Source: Lama glama (taxonomy: Eukaryota). From it: a stretch of 64,000 bases of DNA. Position 1 is the first letter of the stretch. Each line of letters starts with the position of its first letter. Made by a program: the position numbers and the translations under genes. The DNA lies in contig CM052817.1 in the NCBI GenBank assembly GCA_028534125.1, positions 24,120,001 to 24,184,000 on the forward strand. The letters run 5' to 3'. Shown piece by piece: positions 51,841-64,000 of this stretch. The notes below the pieces were generated by a model that saw only the letters and a program-made list of their open reading frames with translations, was not told where the DNA came from and made no database searches.

Positions 51841-53849
51841 AAATTAGCATGTTTGTCTTTTCTTCACTGTTACAGGGCTTGGGGCCTAAGGGAATCCTCA
51901 GGATTAAAATAAACATAAAATATATGCATAGAGTAGGTGGGAAAAATGGAACAATACTACAAGGTCCAGTAGTTTCTAGACCATGAGGGATCCAATATAT
52001 GATGTGGTTTAGGCCAACACAAAAATATGGGACAAGAGTTCTCCTTGACATATAGATTTTTTTTAGAATCAGTACCACCCCCTCTTCACAGTTCTCTCCC
52101 CAGTATTTCCCTGAGGCATCTACAGAAAAGGCCTAAAATACTGCATGAGTATCTGAGATCAAAAGACACTTCTCATGACTCACACCATCCAGTTCCCCCC
52201 TTTCTACACACCAGACACTGCCACTGGCTGGGGGAGCTCCTGATATTCTTGTCCTAAAAATGGAGGCAGGTTGCTATGGTACAAGATGGAAAATGAGGGT
52301 TTCAATGAGTTAAATATAGCCTGAAATTGTGAACCATGAAATAGTTTTGCAAGATAAGTGGAAGTCAGAGTCAGTAGGCTGCATTACTGACAAACTCCAT
52401 AAAATCAAATATCTCTACGTAGGGTTCCCTGTCTTCAGGCTTGGACAAATTCTTTCTGTGTGCTGGGCCAAAGCCAGACTACACATCTCACTCAGAATTT
52501 CTCCCCTAAGTTTCATTGTTTCTGGAAGGTCTTCCAGGTACACTGTGGTTCTTCCTGATACAGGCCATTGGTTGTAAAATGGAGATGGAAACTAAAGTTG
52601 AAGAACATATTTTATTTGGAAAAACATCATGCATTACTATAGGCAAGTCCTGCTATGAAGAGAACAGTGGATCAGGTATGCTGCAGTAAGAGGTGTAATA
52701 GTAGAAGTACTCTGCTAGCATGAAAATAATGTAATTTCATTAGGCTATGGTCAGGGGGACATGCAGAAATGGTCCTGGAGAGAGGTGGGCATGCATATGA
52801 AAGATGTAGATTAAAACCATATAAAATTAGGATACAAAGAAATGTCTAAAGTTGGGTATCTGTGTGCTTTCACATCTAAAGAAAAACAGATATCGTTTTC
52901 TCTCTCTCTCTTACACAGACACACACAAAGAGGTATCTGGAGGAAAAGAATACAGAATGACATTACATATAATATTGTCATGAATATGTTCACACCAATC
53001 AATGGGCATAACTATGAGAAATGGTAAAACCAGAGATTTGAGTTATAACAGAACTTTGGGAAACCCAGGTTTCTATTCTAGGTTTGTGCAATGGACTACT
53101 AAAATTTTATTTGTATAGCACTCAATGTTTTGAATAGAGAAAAAGAGGCAATAAAGATGCTAATGCAAGAAGCTTTATACAAGGGATTAAAATAAGGGTA
53201 GTTGTCTAGTTCTTTTTTAACATTTGTCACTCATATTTAGAGACTCAGGGGGAGTTTAATTGAATCTTTGTGTTGCCTACTCCTCTCCAGATCATGAAAT
53301 TCCCAGGGGAACAATACATCTAATATACATAAAGAGTGAGAAGCAAATCCACCCCTCCCTTATCATTAGCTGAGACTCCTATAATATTTTCTGTAGAAGA
53401 ACTCTGGTAAAGCTTGATCTGAAATCTCAATTCAATTTGGAGTCCTATGCCAAGAGTTAAATCACAGAATCTTAACATTCTCTTATCAGTCACATAGTGT
53501 AGAAACATAAAGCAACGAAACTTAGTCTGAAACAGAGTGTGATCAGGCACGAAAGAGGCCTTGGCTCTAGTTCAGCTTAAATTCCAGTATGTTGAAGAAA
53601 GGATAAGAAAAAGAAGGGAGATACAGGCACAGAAGATTTTAGTACAATAATTCCCTGCACTTATAAAACTGAGTTTAAAATTTATCTTGCCACTTAATCA
53701 ATCATATTAATATTTCCTACTCTTATGAAGAAGCATGGAAGAGTGTAGGCAGTAAAAAGAAATGGAGAGATGCTTTCTTTTATAACACATGGTAGCAAAC
53801 ATGGAATGCTAGGGTCTAAGTTGTCCTGACAGTACTACTAACACAAAGG

Positions 53850-54260
53850 GTATTAATTAGTAGAGCTCTGGTGGCTATAACAAATAACACCCCCTCCCCA
53901 AATTTCAGTGTTTTAAAGATGGGATTTTATTTCTTCCCCATATAACACTCCACATGGAAAATCAAAGGCCCAGACTCCTCCCATCTTGTGGCTCCTCTAC
54001 TAGCCATGGAGTCTTCTGCCTGCAGCTGGCAGAAGAAAAATAAAGTGGAGAAAGCATTCTCACTTCTTAAACATTTTGGTCTTGAAGTGACGCTATGTCA
54101 CTTCTCACCTTCCATTGATTAGAACTTGGTCATACTTGGGTGGAAGTGTGACCAGAATATACTGTCCCTGCCTGGAAAGTCACCTCCCAGTGACAATTTT
54201 ATACAATGGAAGAGGAAACACAAAGGTTTGGTTTAGACATCCAGCCAACTGCCTTGCCTA
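53850..54260 (-). mobile_element. Old MaLR LTR (MLT1I/J-like)
   Basis: gctataacaaataac...aaatttcagtg...cccagactcctcccatcttgtggctcc...ccattgattagaacttggtcat. Confidence 0.65.
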
Positions 54261-55376
54261 CCTTTGGCAATTCACCAAGAGACTCATGGGGATTTGTTTT
54301 TTATTTTTGTCTGAGAATTTTTAGACTTGGTGTCTGAAACCTACTGCTAAATTTGCTATATCATTCTGATCCCTAGTGCCATCTTAAGCTACTTCCTTTA
54401 ATTTACTATGTGCTTAAATAAGTCTTGGTGGAAGCATCTGTTTTGAGTTTTCCTGTTAGAAATAAACATAGTATCTAGCACTTCACTCTGGAAACTTCAG
54501 GTAAAAATATTTATTGAATTAAAAATGAGAAAAGAGATTTCCCAATCTCTTCTTCTTCCCTAGTCAGTCAGGGTTCCAATTAAATATCTAGATCATTATT
54601 TCAGTGAGACAGGAAAGAAGGGTCAAAATCAGAATAATAAGCTCATCTTCTGACAGTCTTTCTTTCATTATCATAGTTTAGATTTAAATCTAAACCTGAA
54701 AAACAAATACCAAATTCATACCTAAAGGATATGTGCAGTGAAGTTATTCAATTTACAATGCACAGAGGTTTGTGGGGATGGGGACAAGGTGATCCCTCCT
54801 CATCTCTTAGCTACACTGACTGAGTCTCATAAGAATAAAACTTGCTGATAAGGGTGGGATGAAGACAAAGCTCTCCACCTACCTGCAATCTCCTCCTACT
54901 ACAACCTGGATGAGTTTAGAAGTAAGGACTCATCAGTGCTAAAAACATTGTGGAGAAATGCTTGGATTCTAAAGAAAAACAAGATATGTTTAATGCATAA
55001 AATACTGAAAAATTTAGTGGAAGAAAATCATATTTATTTTCAGACCCAGAGTAATAGTCTTTTTAAATTGAACTTAAAAAACAATAGAGAAACAGTGCCC
55101 TATTTAGGAAAATGCCAGTTCCTGTATCTCCTTTTACAGACATATAATATGAAAGACTATTATATATACACCAAATCCATTGCTAAGGATTCCCAATCAA
55201 CTTGGACCTTAATACATAGAGCAAAATGATGTAGATTGCTTTGAAAAGACACTCAGAAACTATCAAAATGAGGATAACTCTCTAATCCTGGTATTATGTA
55301 CAAAATAACTTCAGGGGCCAGATTAAACATTAATAATTAGTTACTCATGAAAGTCAGGGGAAATGGCTTCAAGTGA

Positions 55377-55725
55377 TGTCTTAGTTTGGGCTGCTATAAC
55401 AGTGTACGTTAGACTGGGTGGCTTAAACAACATTTATTTCTCACAGTTCTGGAGACTGGAAGTCTGAGATCAGGGTCCCAGCATAGATGGTGTGGGCCCT
55501 CTTACTGGTTACGTGCTCACATGGCCTTCTTTGGTGGGTGCATACATAGAGAGTGATATTGTGTCTTTTCCTCGCTTTAAAAGGGCATTAATTTCATCAT
55601 GGGGCTTCTGTCCTCAGGAATTCATCAAACCCTAAGACTTCCCAAGGCCCCACTTTCAAATACCATTACATTTCAGATTAAGGCTTCAATGTATGAATTT
55701 CAAGGGGAACACTCAATCCTTAACA
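55377..55725 (-). mobile_element. MaLR LTR (MLT1A-like)
   Basis: tgtcttagtttgggctgctataaca...tttatttctcacagttctggagactggaagtctgagatcaggg...ttcaatgtatgaattt...taaca. Confidence 0.88.
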
Positions 55726-56139
55726 TCTGGCAATCATTAAAGAAGTGCTATTTATATAGTTCATGCGTCCTGGGAAAACTCCCATGCTAATATTCCAATA
55801 AAATCTAAAAGACTTTCCCTCTCTATCTTTCTCTTTCTCTCAATAAAATATCTTGGCTAGAATTTATTTGATGGAAATCAAAAGATGAAGAAAACTAGAA
55901 GACATTTCTTTTCTATCATATATCATTAGTTAGATATTGAATGCCATACATGCAAATCCTCAAGATGGTATGACGTGTGTATGTTTATGTGTGTGTTCCT
56001 TATTTTAAAATAACTTTAAGGGGCCCTTGGCATAAAATCAATTAAATTTCTTTTAATTAGAAGATAAACTTCATAAAGGGTGTGTGCCAAATTTGAAGAG
56101 TGTACGTGGAAATGAAGGTACCCGTTTTGAGTCCTAGTA

Positions 56140-56400
56140 TAGACAGGCAGTGATTCTCGCTGGTTAAGCACTCAGTTGCTACATCAATGAACTTGAATTT
56201 AAACTTGGTTCTTCTACTAGGTGTATGAATTCAAACAATTACTCAATTTCTGTGCCTCAGTAATCTCATCAGATAAAGAAGGATCATAAGTTTGTTGTGA
56301 GGATTAAATGAGTTAAAAATGTGAAGCACTTAGAACAGTACTTAAAACACACAAGAAGCTATATATGTATTTTTGTTGTTATTATTATTACTGTCACTGC
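56140..56400 (+). mobile_element. MIR SINE
   Basis: tggttaagca...tctgtgcctcag...ttgtgaggattaaatgagtta...gtgaagcacttagaacagt. Confidence 0.8.
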
Positions 56401-57699
56401 TATTGCTACTACTACTACAAGGGAACAAGAAGGCTCCAGGAGAATCCCTGTAGCAGCCAATAGTAACTTAAGGCAAAACAAGGTAGAAATGAAAGTTCCA
56501 GGGATGAAACCAGTACTTAGACATTACTGAAGAAAGTATGAATAATTTAATTTAGTTTATGGGAATAGAATTAATGGAAAAGAGAGGAAAGGATGAAGAC
56601 AGTGTTTGAAAAATGTGAATCACAGAAAAAGAAAGTAATAATCACACAACCAGGTCATACTAAGAATTACATCTAAAAATAAGACCAGGAGGACAGAACT
56701 AACTAGCTACCAATACCAGGAAATAAAGAGAGAACATGGTCCTGACACATCAGCCATAGTCAGTTGGCTTTCGAAATTACGGTGATGGGAATGCAGAACC
56801 CAAGTAAGTCTGAGGTTGTGGCTGCATCTTGCAGGCCACACAAGTAGCCTGGCTTCCCCCTACTGGGATGTACTGGTGGAGAAGACCCCAACAGCTTCAA
56901 ACTCCACTTTGTCTCCTTGGTTCCCATTTGTTTTGGGAGATGAGTAAGGAGCTAAACTTACCTGGACTCTCCTTTTGAAAATTTGTATCAAAATTAAGAT
57001 GAAAAGTTACTGACAGAAGGAGAGGAAGGCAAGATGTATTTGGAATCTTCAACATATTATTTTTTGGGTTGGCTATGAATGAAGGTAAAAAGAACTGACT
57101 GCATACTTCTGTCTAGTGTTGTTATAGAAAGAGCTAAATTTAAAGGAAGCATTTATTCCTAATCAAAGGGAAAACTTGGAGTAAAGTCTGTTCCAAAGTC
57201 AACTTTCAAAACTGCACATTTATTCGGCAGCAAATACTGGAAATACACCATTTCATGCTCAAGAGAGTTATCCCTGCTCTGCATTAATATCTTTGATTCA
57301 GAGGGTGATGGGCAGTGAGTGGCAGATATGGTAACTCAAAAGGCAGAGTGCAGGGAGAAGGTGATGGTTTTGCTACCTGGTAGTAAAGAGTAAGACTTTA
57401 ACAGTTAACAAAACAAAACAAAACACTAGCAAGTGATAAGCTCCACCCTCTCCTCCATCATAACTAATATTTAGAGAAAGACATTTTTATTTTAAAAAAG
57501 CAATATTTTTCCTTTAAATAAAGATAGGTATTTCTGTTTGCACTATAACATTTGGGATCTCGTCTCTACTTCATGATCTTCATAATTTTTTTTTTAATTT
57601 CTATGAAAAATTTATGTGGAGACAATCAGTGGTTTGAAGCAATGTGATCTGACCCAGGGCCCCTTTCCTAGGGATTGTAGTATTTGCCTATTCATATCT

Positions 57700-57790
57700 C
57701 ATCTCTTCTCTTCTCTCTCTCCTCTCTTCTTCTTCTCCTTGTCCTTCTTCTTCTTCTTTCCCTCCCTCTTTTCCATTCCCCTCTTTTCTT
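57700..57790. repeat. CT-rich low-complexity tract inside a MIR (~57630-57990)
   Basis: Polypyrimidine run, flanked by MIR core (ccatttaac...ctctgtgc...catctataaaatagg). Confidence 0.8.
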
Positions 57791-57989
57791 AAAACTGCTA
57801 GGTGCCCTTTTACAGAGAGGGCAATGCCATTTAACAACTCTGTGCTTTCATTCTCCCATCTATAAAATAGGATCAAGAATAACTCTAGGTTATCATGAAA
57901 ATTAAACAAGACATTCTATAGTAATGAACTTTGCAAAGTATTTGGTGCATTGTAAGTGATCCAAAAATGGTAGCAATAATAATGGTGAT

Positions 57990-58465
57990 GATTATCAAAG
58001 AAAAACTGTATTAGAGAGAGTTAAAGATATAAGAAAGACTTTATGTGAGACTACTGCAATCAGGGAGGGAGACTGAACTCCACTGAAAAAAAACGCAGGA
58101 GTGGTTTTTAAGCATTGGGGTAAGCTAGTAGATTAGAACTGGAGAATGTTGGTGAATAGGTAGTCAATGTGATTAGGCCATAAATGTTTGCTAACTGTCC
58201 TAAATTAAGCTCCTACCTTCCCACAGAGACTAGGAGATAGTGACTGTATCTCCTTTGATGATCCCATTTCACCCCAGGGCTGTGAGAAAGACATGCCTTG
58301 GTTATAAAACTGGCAAGAGGCTGGGTGAAACATTAGGTCTAAAGGGGCAGAGAGAATTTACAGTGAAAAGTTTATTAAGTAAATACTCTAGGAAAAGGGA
58401 GGTTAGGGGTGTAGAGGCAGGAAGAAGCCTATCTAGAGTTTAGTCAAGTGAGGCAGCCTTGATCC
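57990..58465 (-). mobile_element. ERV1 solo LTR (MER31-like)
   Basis: aagactttat...gactactgcaat...gagactgaactc...aagctcctaccttcccacagagactaggagatag...taaaactggcaagaggctgg...gagtttagtcaag. Confidence 0.7.
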
Positions 58466-59309
58466 TGATATTCAGGATGAAGGTAATAGCAACTGCAAAT
58501 GCACATGGATTATGGGAACAATGAACTAACAGTAAAATGATGTGTATTTCACATTCATTTTCTTTCAGATAAACACAGCATACTGTGAATACAATGACAG
58601 AGAATCCCTAAGGTCTTGTTGTGAGCATTTGTGGAGTGTTAATTACATAGGTTGAAAGCTGCTTCAAGAAATCAGATTTCTATTCTTTTTAATTTCTAAA
58701 TTGAGAGATACAGTATCAAAGTCAGCCAAAAGGGATATATATTATGGGAACTGAGAGAGAATGTATAATCCATTAGTGCTTGGATTAAAATATTTATACA
58801 TTCAAAGATAAATCCCTTTTACTCACCTCTAAGTTGATATATGAATGTGTTACTAGGAAACCTTCAATATTAACACTGCTTTATATAGCCTCAGGCACCC
58901 TGAGAAGAATATCAAAATACCTGTTCATTGTTTAAAAAGGTTGACAAGATTTGAGTCTGAAAATATTTCCTCTTTATGTGCTATAAAAATTTCCTTTCTT
59001 GAATTCTGTTGAAGCTGAAGTTAATTTTGATTATGGGTAGGAAAGGCCACCCATTCTTAGCAACTAGACTAACAGGAATATGTAGATGAATTGGGTGTGC
59101 TGGCAAAATTAGATAGAAAAATGCAAATGCCCTGACAATTAGATATTTAAGTCAAAGGAATATATGCAAATCACTTAGTTTTCACACTGGAAACTTTTAT
59201 TAAAATTCTGCTTTTGAATTTAGGAAAATGTTAATTATTTCTTTCATGCTTAGATGTAAATGAGCTTTCCTGCAATTAAATTCATAATAATTGTTTTAAA
59301 ATATACTAA

Positions 59310-59560
59310 GCAACAGCACAATAGACAACATTTAGCATTGAGAATGAGACAGTCTGTGTTCATAAACAACTTCATTCTCATGTGACCTTTGACAAATCTC
59401 TTTATCTTTCTGGAACTCAGGTTCTCATCTGAAAAAAAAAGATGTATGATACCTACTCTACTATTATCACATTAAGAAGAATTCTCAGAAGAATTGATGG
59501 AGGTGGTATGAGATTTTAAAATGATTTTTAAATTTCAGAGTAGTGAACACATTTCACTGT
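59310..59560 (+). mobile_element. MIR SINE
   Basis: tgtgacctttgacaaatctctttatctttctggaactcaggttctcatctgaaaa. Confidence 0.65.
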
Positions 59561-62289
59561 GGTCATTAATTATTGAGTTCCATGTGAAACTTACTTGAAT
59601 TCTAGGTATATCTCATTTTGATTTTTCTGTGAAACTATCAGAGGTGAAATCTATGGTCTATCTAAATGAGATTAACTTCAATCCTAATCCAAACCTAAAG
59701 AGAATTGCAAGTCCTGTCTAAGAATCCTGTGGATAAGCAGAGAGTTTATCTTCTCAAGGTTGTCTCTGCTTACTCCTACTTCTTGCCTGTGCTTTCTCTG
59801 TTCATCACTAAGTATTTTTGATGTAAAATTAATCCTCCTTCATTGTTTTCCAAAAACAAAATGATAAAAAAAAAGAAACATGCACAAAAAAATTTAGTTG
59901 ATTTTACAGACAGGAGAGATTTTACAGACAATTTTGGAGTCCCACAGTTTAAATAGTATGTTAGGCATTTCAATTCTTAATTGTCACTTTAGCCCTACTG
60001 CCACTGTCTTCCGTTACCTATATCCAAGCATCTAATCGCCTTGCTGCTTTTTCTCCTTCTCTTCTATTTTTTTCTCCCAGGAGCCACTAACAATATCAAG
60101 AAACAAATAAAAAATTTCTATCTTTTTCTCATATAGAGAAGCATAATTTTATTTTTATTGCTTTGGCTCTAGTTGATTCACAAGCCTTTAGGGTCTCACA
60201 TTGTATCCTGGTAGATTATCCTGATGTTTATCAAACAGCACCTGACTTTTTCCAAACACACATAAAATAAAACAAAGCAAAACAAAACAAAACAAAATGT
60301 TGCCACAATTAAAAGGCTACTTTGCCTTCCTATCCAAGGAAGAGTTGTGATCATTAAAATAATTTTTGGAAACTGTTGATAAACTTCTTGTCTTTCTCTA
60401 AAGAGGATAATGGACTACGGTATCACTTTAGATCCTTTTAGATCAGGAGTTCATAGCTCTCTCAGTGTCCAATGTGAGGTAGCTTTTTTGGAGTCGATTC
60501 TGAATATGTGTAGGTGGTTCATTTCCATAACACTGTCACATAAGTCTAGGTTTTGTACAGCCCTTTCTTGGTGTAGCTGGAGATCCTATTCAAGATAGTA
60601 AATTTCTAGTAGAAGCAATTGTGAAATAATTAATTAAGTAATAGATAAGACCTATAAGGTTTTATTTCCTCTTCTATTCTCAGAGCCAAGCTCAGTGCCC
60701 AGTACAGAGTAAAAAATTCAATAAAGCATGTCAAATGAAGACAGAATGAACAAACAAAGCAGAAACATAGAGTTTTATCACTAGCCGTAATGTCAGTGCC
60801 CCCATTTAGGAATCTGACTTCTGTCCCTCTACTAATATTACTTGACATACATTTTGCAAGTATTTCTTATTGTAATTTTGTATCTTCCTAATTGCCCCAA
60901 TCCAATCTCTTTCTGCCATTCTCTTTTTTTTTCTTTCTCCTCTTTTTGCCTTCTTGATTGTGAAGGAAATATTAGAAATGCTGATTCAATCTCCTAGAGG
61001 AATAAAACCAGATGAATTTAGCTGAGAGCCTCTGTGAAACACGTGACTCATTGTTTTGCCCCATAACCACAGTCATTAATGAGGGCATATGTTGATACGA
61101 AAATGTGCAGGAGGGACAGGAAGCATTGCTGTGCATGCAAAAGGGTATGAGCTGACCTGAAAACCCACCTCACTCTGACTATTCTCTGAAATAGCTCTTT
61201 ACTACAGATTCAGCAAGATGTGCCAATTCTAACAGTCTTTCATTAAAATTTTCAGCTAACATAGTCAGAATGTTTATTTTGATAGATTCATAGTGAAAAC
61301 AACAGAGGCAGGGGAACTAAGAATCAATATTTTCAGGTCAAAGGAAAAAGAGTCCATGGAACAAGAACATCTAATAGCTCATCACTCTGATATTCAACAG
61401 CATAAACACATACAATGTAATTACCAGAAAAAAAAAAGGATTGTTTTGCAAAGAAACCATAAATCTGGAGGAGAAATTATGCATGTTGGTTTTTATGGTA
61501 ATGATCTTCACAGTTTGTTTGTGTGATGTTTTTCTCTGGTCCAACAATTCTGCTGATGAGCAGAGATCACTCTCTTCAGAAGAACATTGTCAAGATGATC
61601 AAGGCTGTATCAGGATCTTTTCTGTAATTATTGATCTTGAATTAGAGAGTCTCTATGGAATTTGTGTGTGGTGGTAAAGGGAAAAAGGAAGAAGTTGTCT
61701 CTTGGTAATGGTGGGTGATTGGTGGAGAAAAAAACGATGGGGAGTGGTTGTTATGTTAGACAACTGAGAGGTAGATTGCAAGAGTATAGCAAAAGCATCC
61801 TATGACTTTTTATGAGCTAGACCATCCCTAGTTACCTGGATTGCCCCTCAGCAGTCACCTATTCCCTGGTGTCCAGGGCCACTAAAAGAATTGTGCCAAA
61901 AGGAGAAGGTACTTGAGAAAATTAGAACCCTAATGTAAATATATTTCTTTCACAGTCACTTGCACAAATATAAACCAGAACCACAAATAGCAAATTGAAG
62001 AAGAATGAAAAGTTATGTCTAGATAATTAAGCTTTTTGCAGCTGCTATTTGAATTTGTAGCAAATTACATCTACTGACACCTCAACTCCCTATGGATGAG
62101 ACTTAATCTGTACAAATATGTGTTACTTTTCTAACACTTTTTTTTTCTAAGTAAAGTTAATAAGACTGATGTTATAAATTTCATTTAGATTCTGGTAGAA
62201 GTAACTCTGGAGTTTTCTTTAAGAGAGTTTCTTAAATGAGTCAAGATGAAGATTTACAGAACTAGATAGTAAAAATCCGAATTATAATA

Positions 62290-62430
62290 ATTCACATTTC
62301 TAGCTAATTGCTTTGAAAATGGAATAAAATTATTATATGGCTAACGAGTTATGCTCCTTTATAATAACTTGTGAAGAACATGAAAGACAAAAATCGGGAT
62401 TTGAAACCAAGTTTACATGTCCATACCTGG
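62290..62430 (-). mobile_element. MIR-like SINE fragment
   Basis: ataataattcacatttc...ggatttgaaacc, weak. Confidence 0.35.
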
Positions 62431-64000
62431 ACATATTGCATAGTCTTCTATGCTTCCATCCTCTCACCTATAAATTTGAGATTAATAATAGCACCTGTTT
62501 CCTGTGTCTTTGAGAAGAAAACTCTAATAAATAGCGTCTCTCTTCCCTACCTAAATTCTACACCAACTGAGAAATGAGATGAAAGATTCAGCAGAGAACC
62601 CAAGTATTGTAAAGCCTCAGAAGAATTAGTTAAGGGCAAGCACCTAAATGGAATTGTTCCTGCCTGTTTGCTCAGGCTAGATCTTGGAACAGGGTATCAG
62701 AGAGAAACTTAAAACTGCAGAACAGTCACATTTACAGAAATTGTTTCCTCCTACTGATGAATAAAGAGGTGAAATATCAGAAATCAAATCCCCCTTAAGG
62801 AATGTTGAGAGACCAGCTCCACACATGTGACTACATGAATTAGTGGCTGTAGCTTAATAAACTTGACTTTCATGGGGAAGAATAAGGGAGTCAAGAGTTA
62901 GAATATTTAGGAAAAAATCACTCCTCATGGAAGTTCCTCACTAGCACTCCCTACTTTTTATTTTCTTAGCACATTGGGATCAACCTTTCAGATTATGCTT
63001 GTGCAGGAGCATGCCTAGTCCCTTGGGGAGATTCCTACTTTCTTGAGGTCACTATCCTATAGGTAGTCTCCTAGGACTGCTGGTGGGCAGTGGTGATATT
63101 GACCCCCTCTCACTATGGGGAAATACCAGAATGGAATGGATCAGAAGAGAGCATTACTCAAATCTGCTCACATCCCAAATCATGTCAAAACTATACTTTC
63201 TATATGCAAGGAGATTAAATGAATACATTAATGAGTAATAAATTAGATGAAGGCTTGCACTGATGAATAATAAACTGCAGGAAGATTCTCCAACTATAAT
63301 ATTCCAATCAGCATGGAGAACCCCAAATTTAAATACAAATCCCATGCTATGATCCAATGCTCAAGCTGAAGTTAAGTCCAAAAATTAAATGCCTAGATTT
63401 GGACTGAATTTCCTAGATTTCTTAAAAAAAAACACGTTTCAAGTCTCCCATCTCATGGTTAGAACGTGTGTTGTACTTTTTGGTTTAGAGATGATTGCTA
63501 TGCACCGAGGCCCAATAGGTATTTACAGCTCCATGTCTCCAGTTAAAACTCATTCTCTGTGAGCTGTCTTGAGACCTGTGGCTTGCAGGGTCTCTTAGGC
63601 TTTGAATAATTTGGGTAAGAGCAATTTGGGAATTTTCTTTACAATCCTCCTTTCCCAGCCAGTTAAAGTATCTGAGGACCGACAGAAGGAGTCAAAACAA
63701 GGATCAGAAATGCAGTGTCAAGGTTAGTCCTGGTGAAATGGGACTCCAGGGCAGAGTAGGACTGCCTCTGTTCTTCCTTAGACTATGGTCCTCACGTGGC
63801 CCTGTCCCACCCAGTCAGCTAATATTTATGAATAAAATAACACTGTGTTAGGAATCACATCCTGGTCTAAACTACAGGTATTAAGTCTATGATTTTAGGC
63901 TTGTTTCTAACATATTGAGAATGATGCACCACAGGTATTTTAGAAAGCTTTTTTTTTAGGCAAGATTACCTGCTGTTTAGAATTTGGGCTCAGATGATTT

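Noticed and set aside
57684..57909. Leu-rich signal-peptide-like and Glu-rich ORFs
   Set aside because: Translation of a CT-rich low-complexity tract inside a MIR.

Overview
AT-rich, CpG-depleted mammalian (eutherian) genomic DNA with no recognisable protein-coding gene, rRNA, functional tRNA or CRISPR. It looks intergenic or deep intronic. A tRNA-Ala-derived SINE at 43477-43635 resembles the camelid Vic-1 family. With no Alu, B1, Bov-A/BovB, PRE or Can-SINE seen, this suggests a camelid (alpaca, llama or camel). Much of the window is transposon debris. It holds a full-length decayed LINE-1 (41916-48270, with target-site duplication and a 5'UTR built of three ~235-bp monomers) and a second L1 (1-3605) that keeps its 5'UTR, ORF1 and 3' end but lacks almost all of ORF2. 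There are also many old L1, HAL1, L2 and MIR fragments, several solo LTRs (ERV1, MaLR, ERVL) and hAT/Tigger relics. The ORF-track entries are repeat fragments or chance ORFs. I found no evidence of a new multi-gene system. The best leads are the ORF2-less L1, the L1 5'UTR architectures, two inverted same-family LTRs, two transcription-factor motif clusters in unique DNA, and candidate minus-strand micro-exons. Repeat family names come from recall of consensus sequences, not a search, and most boundaries are approximate.
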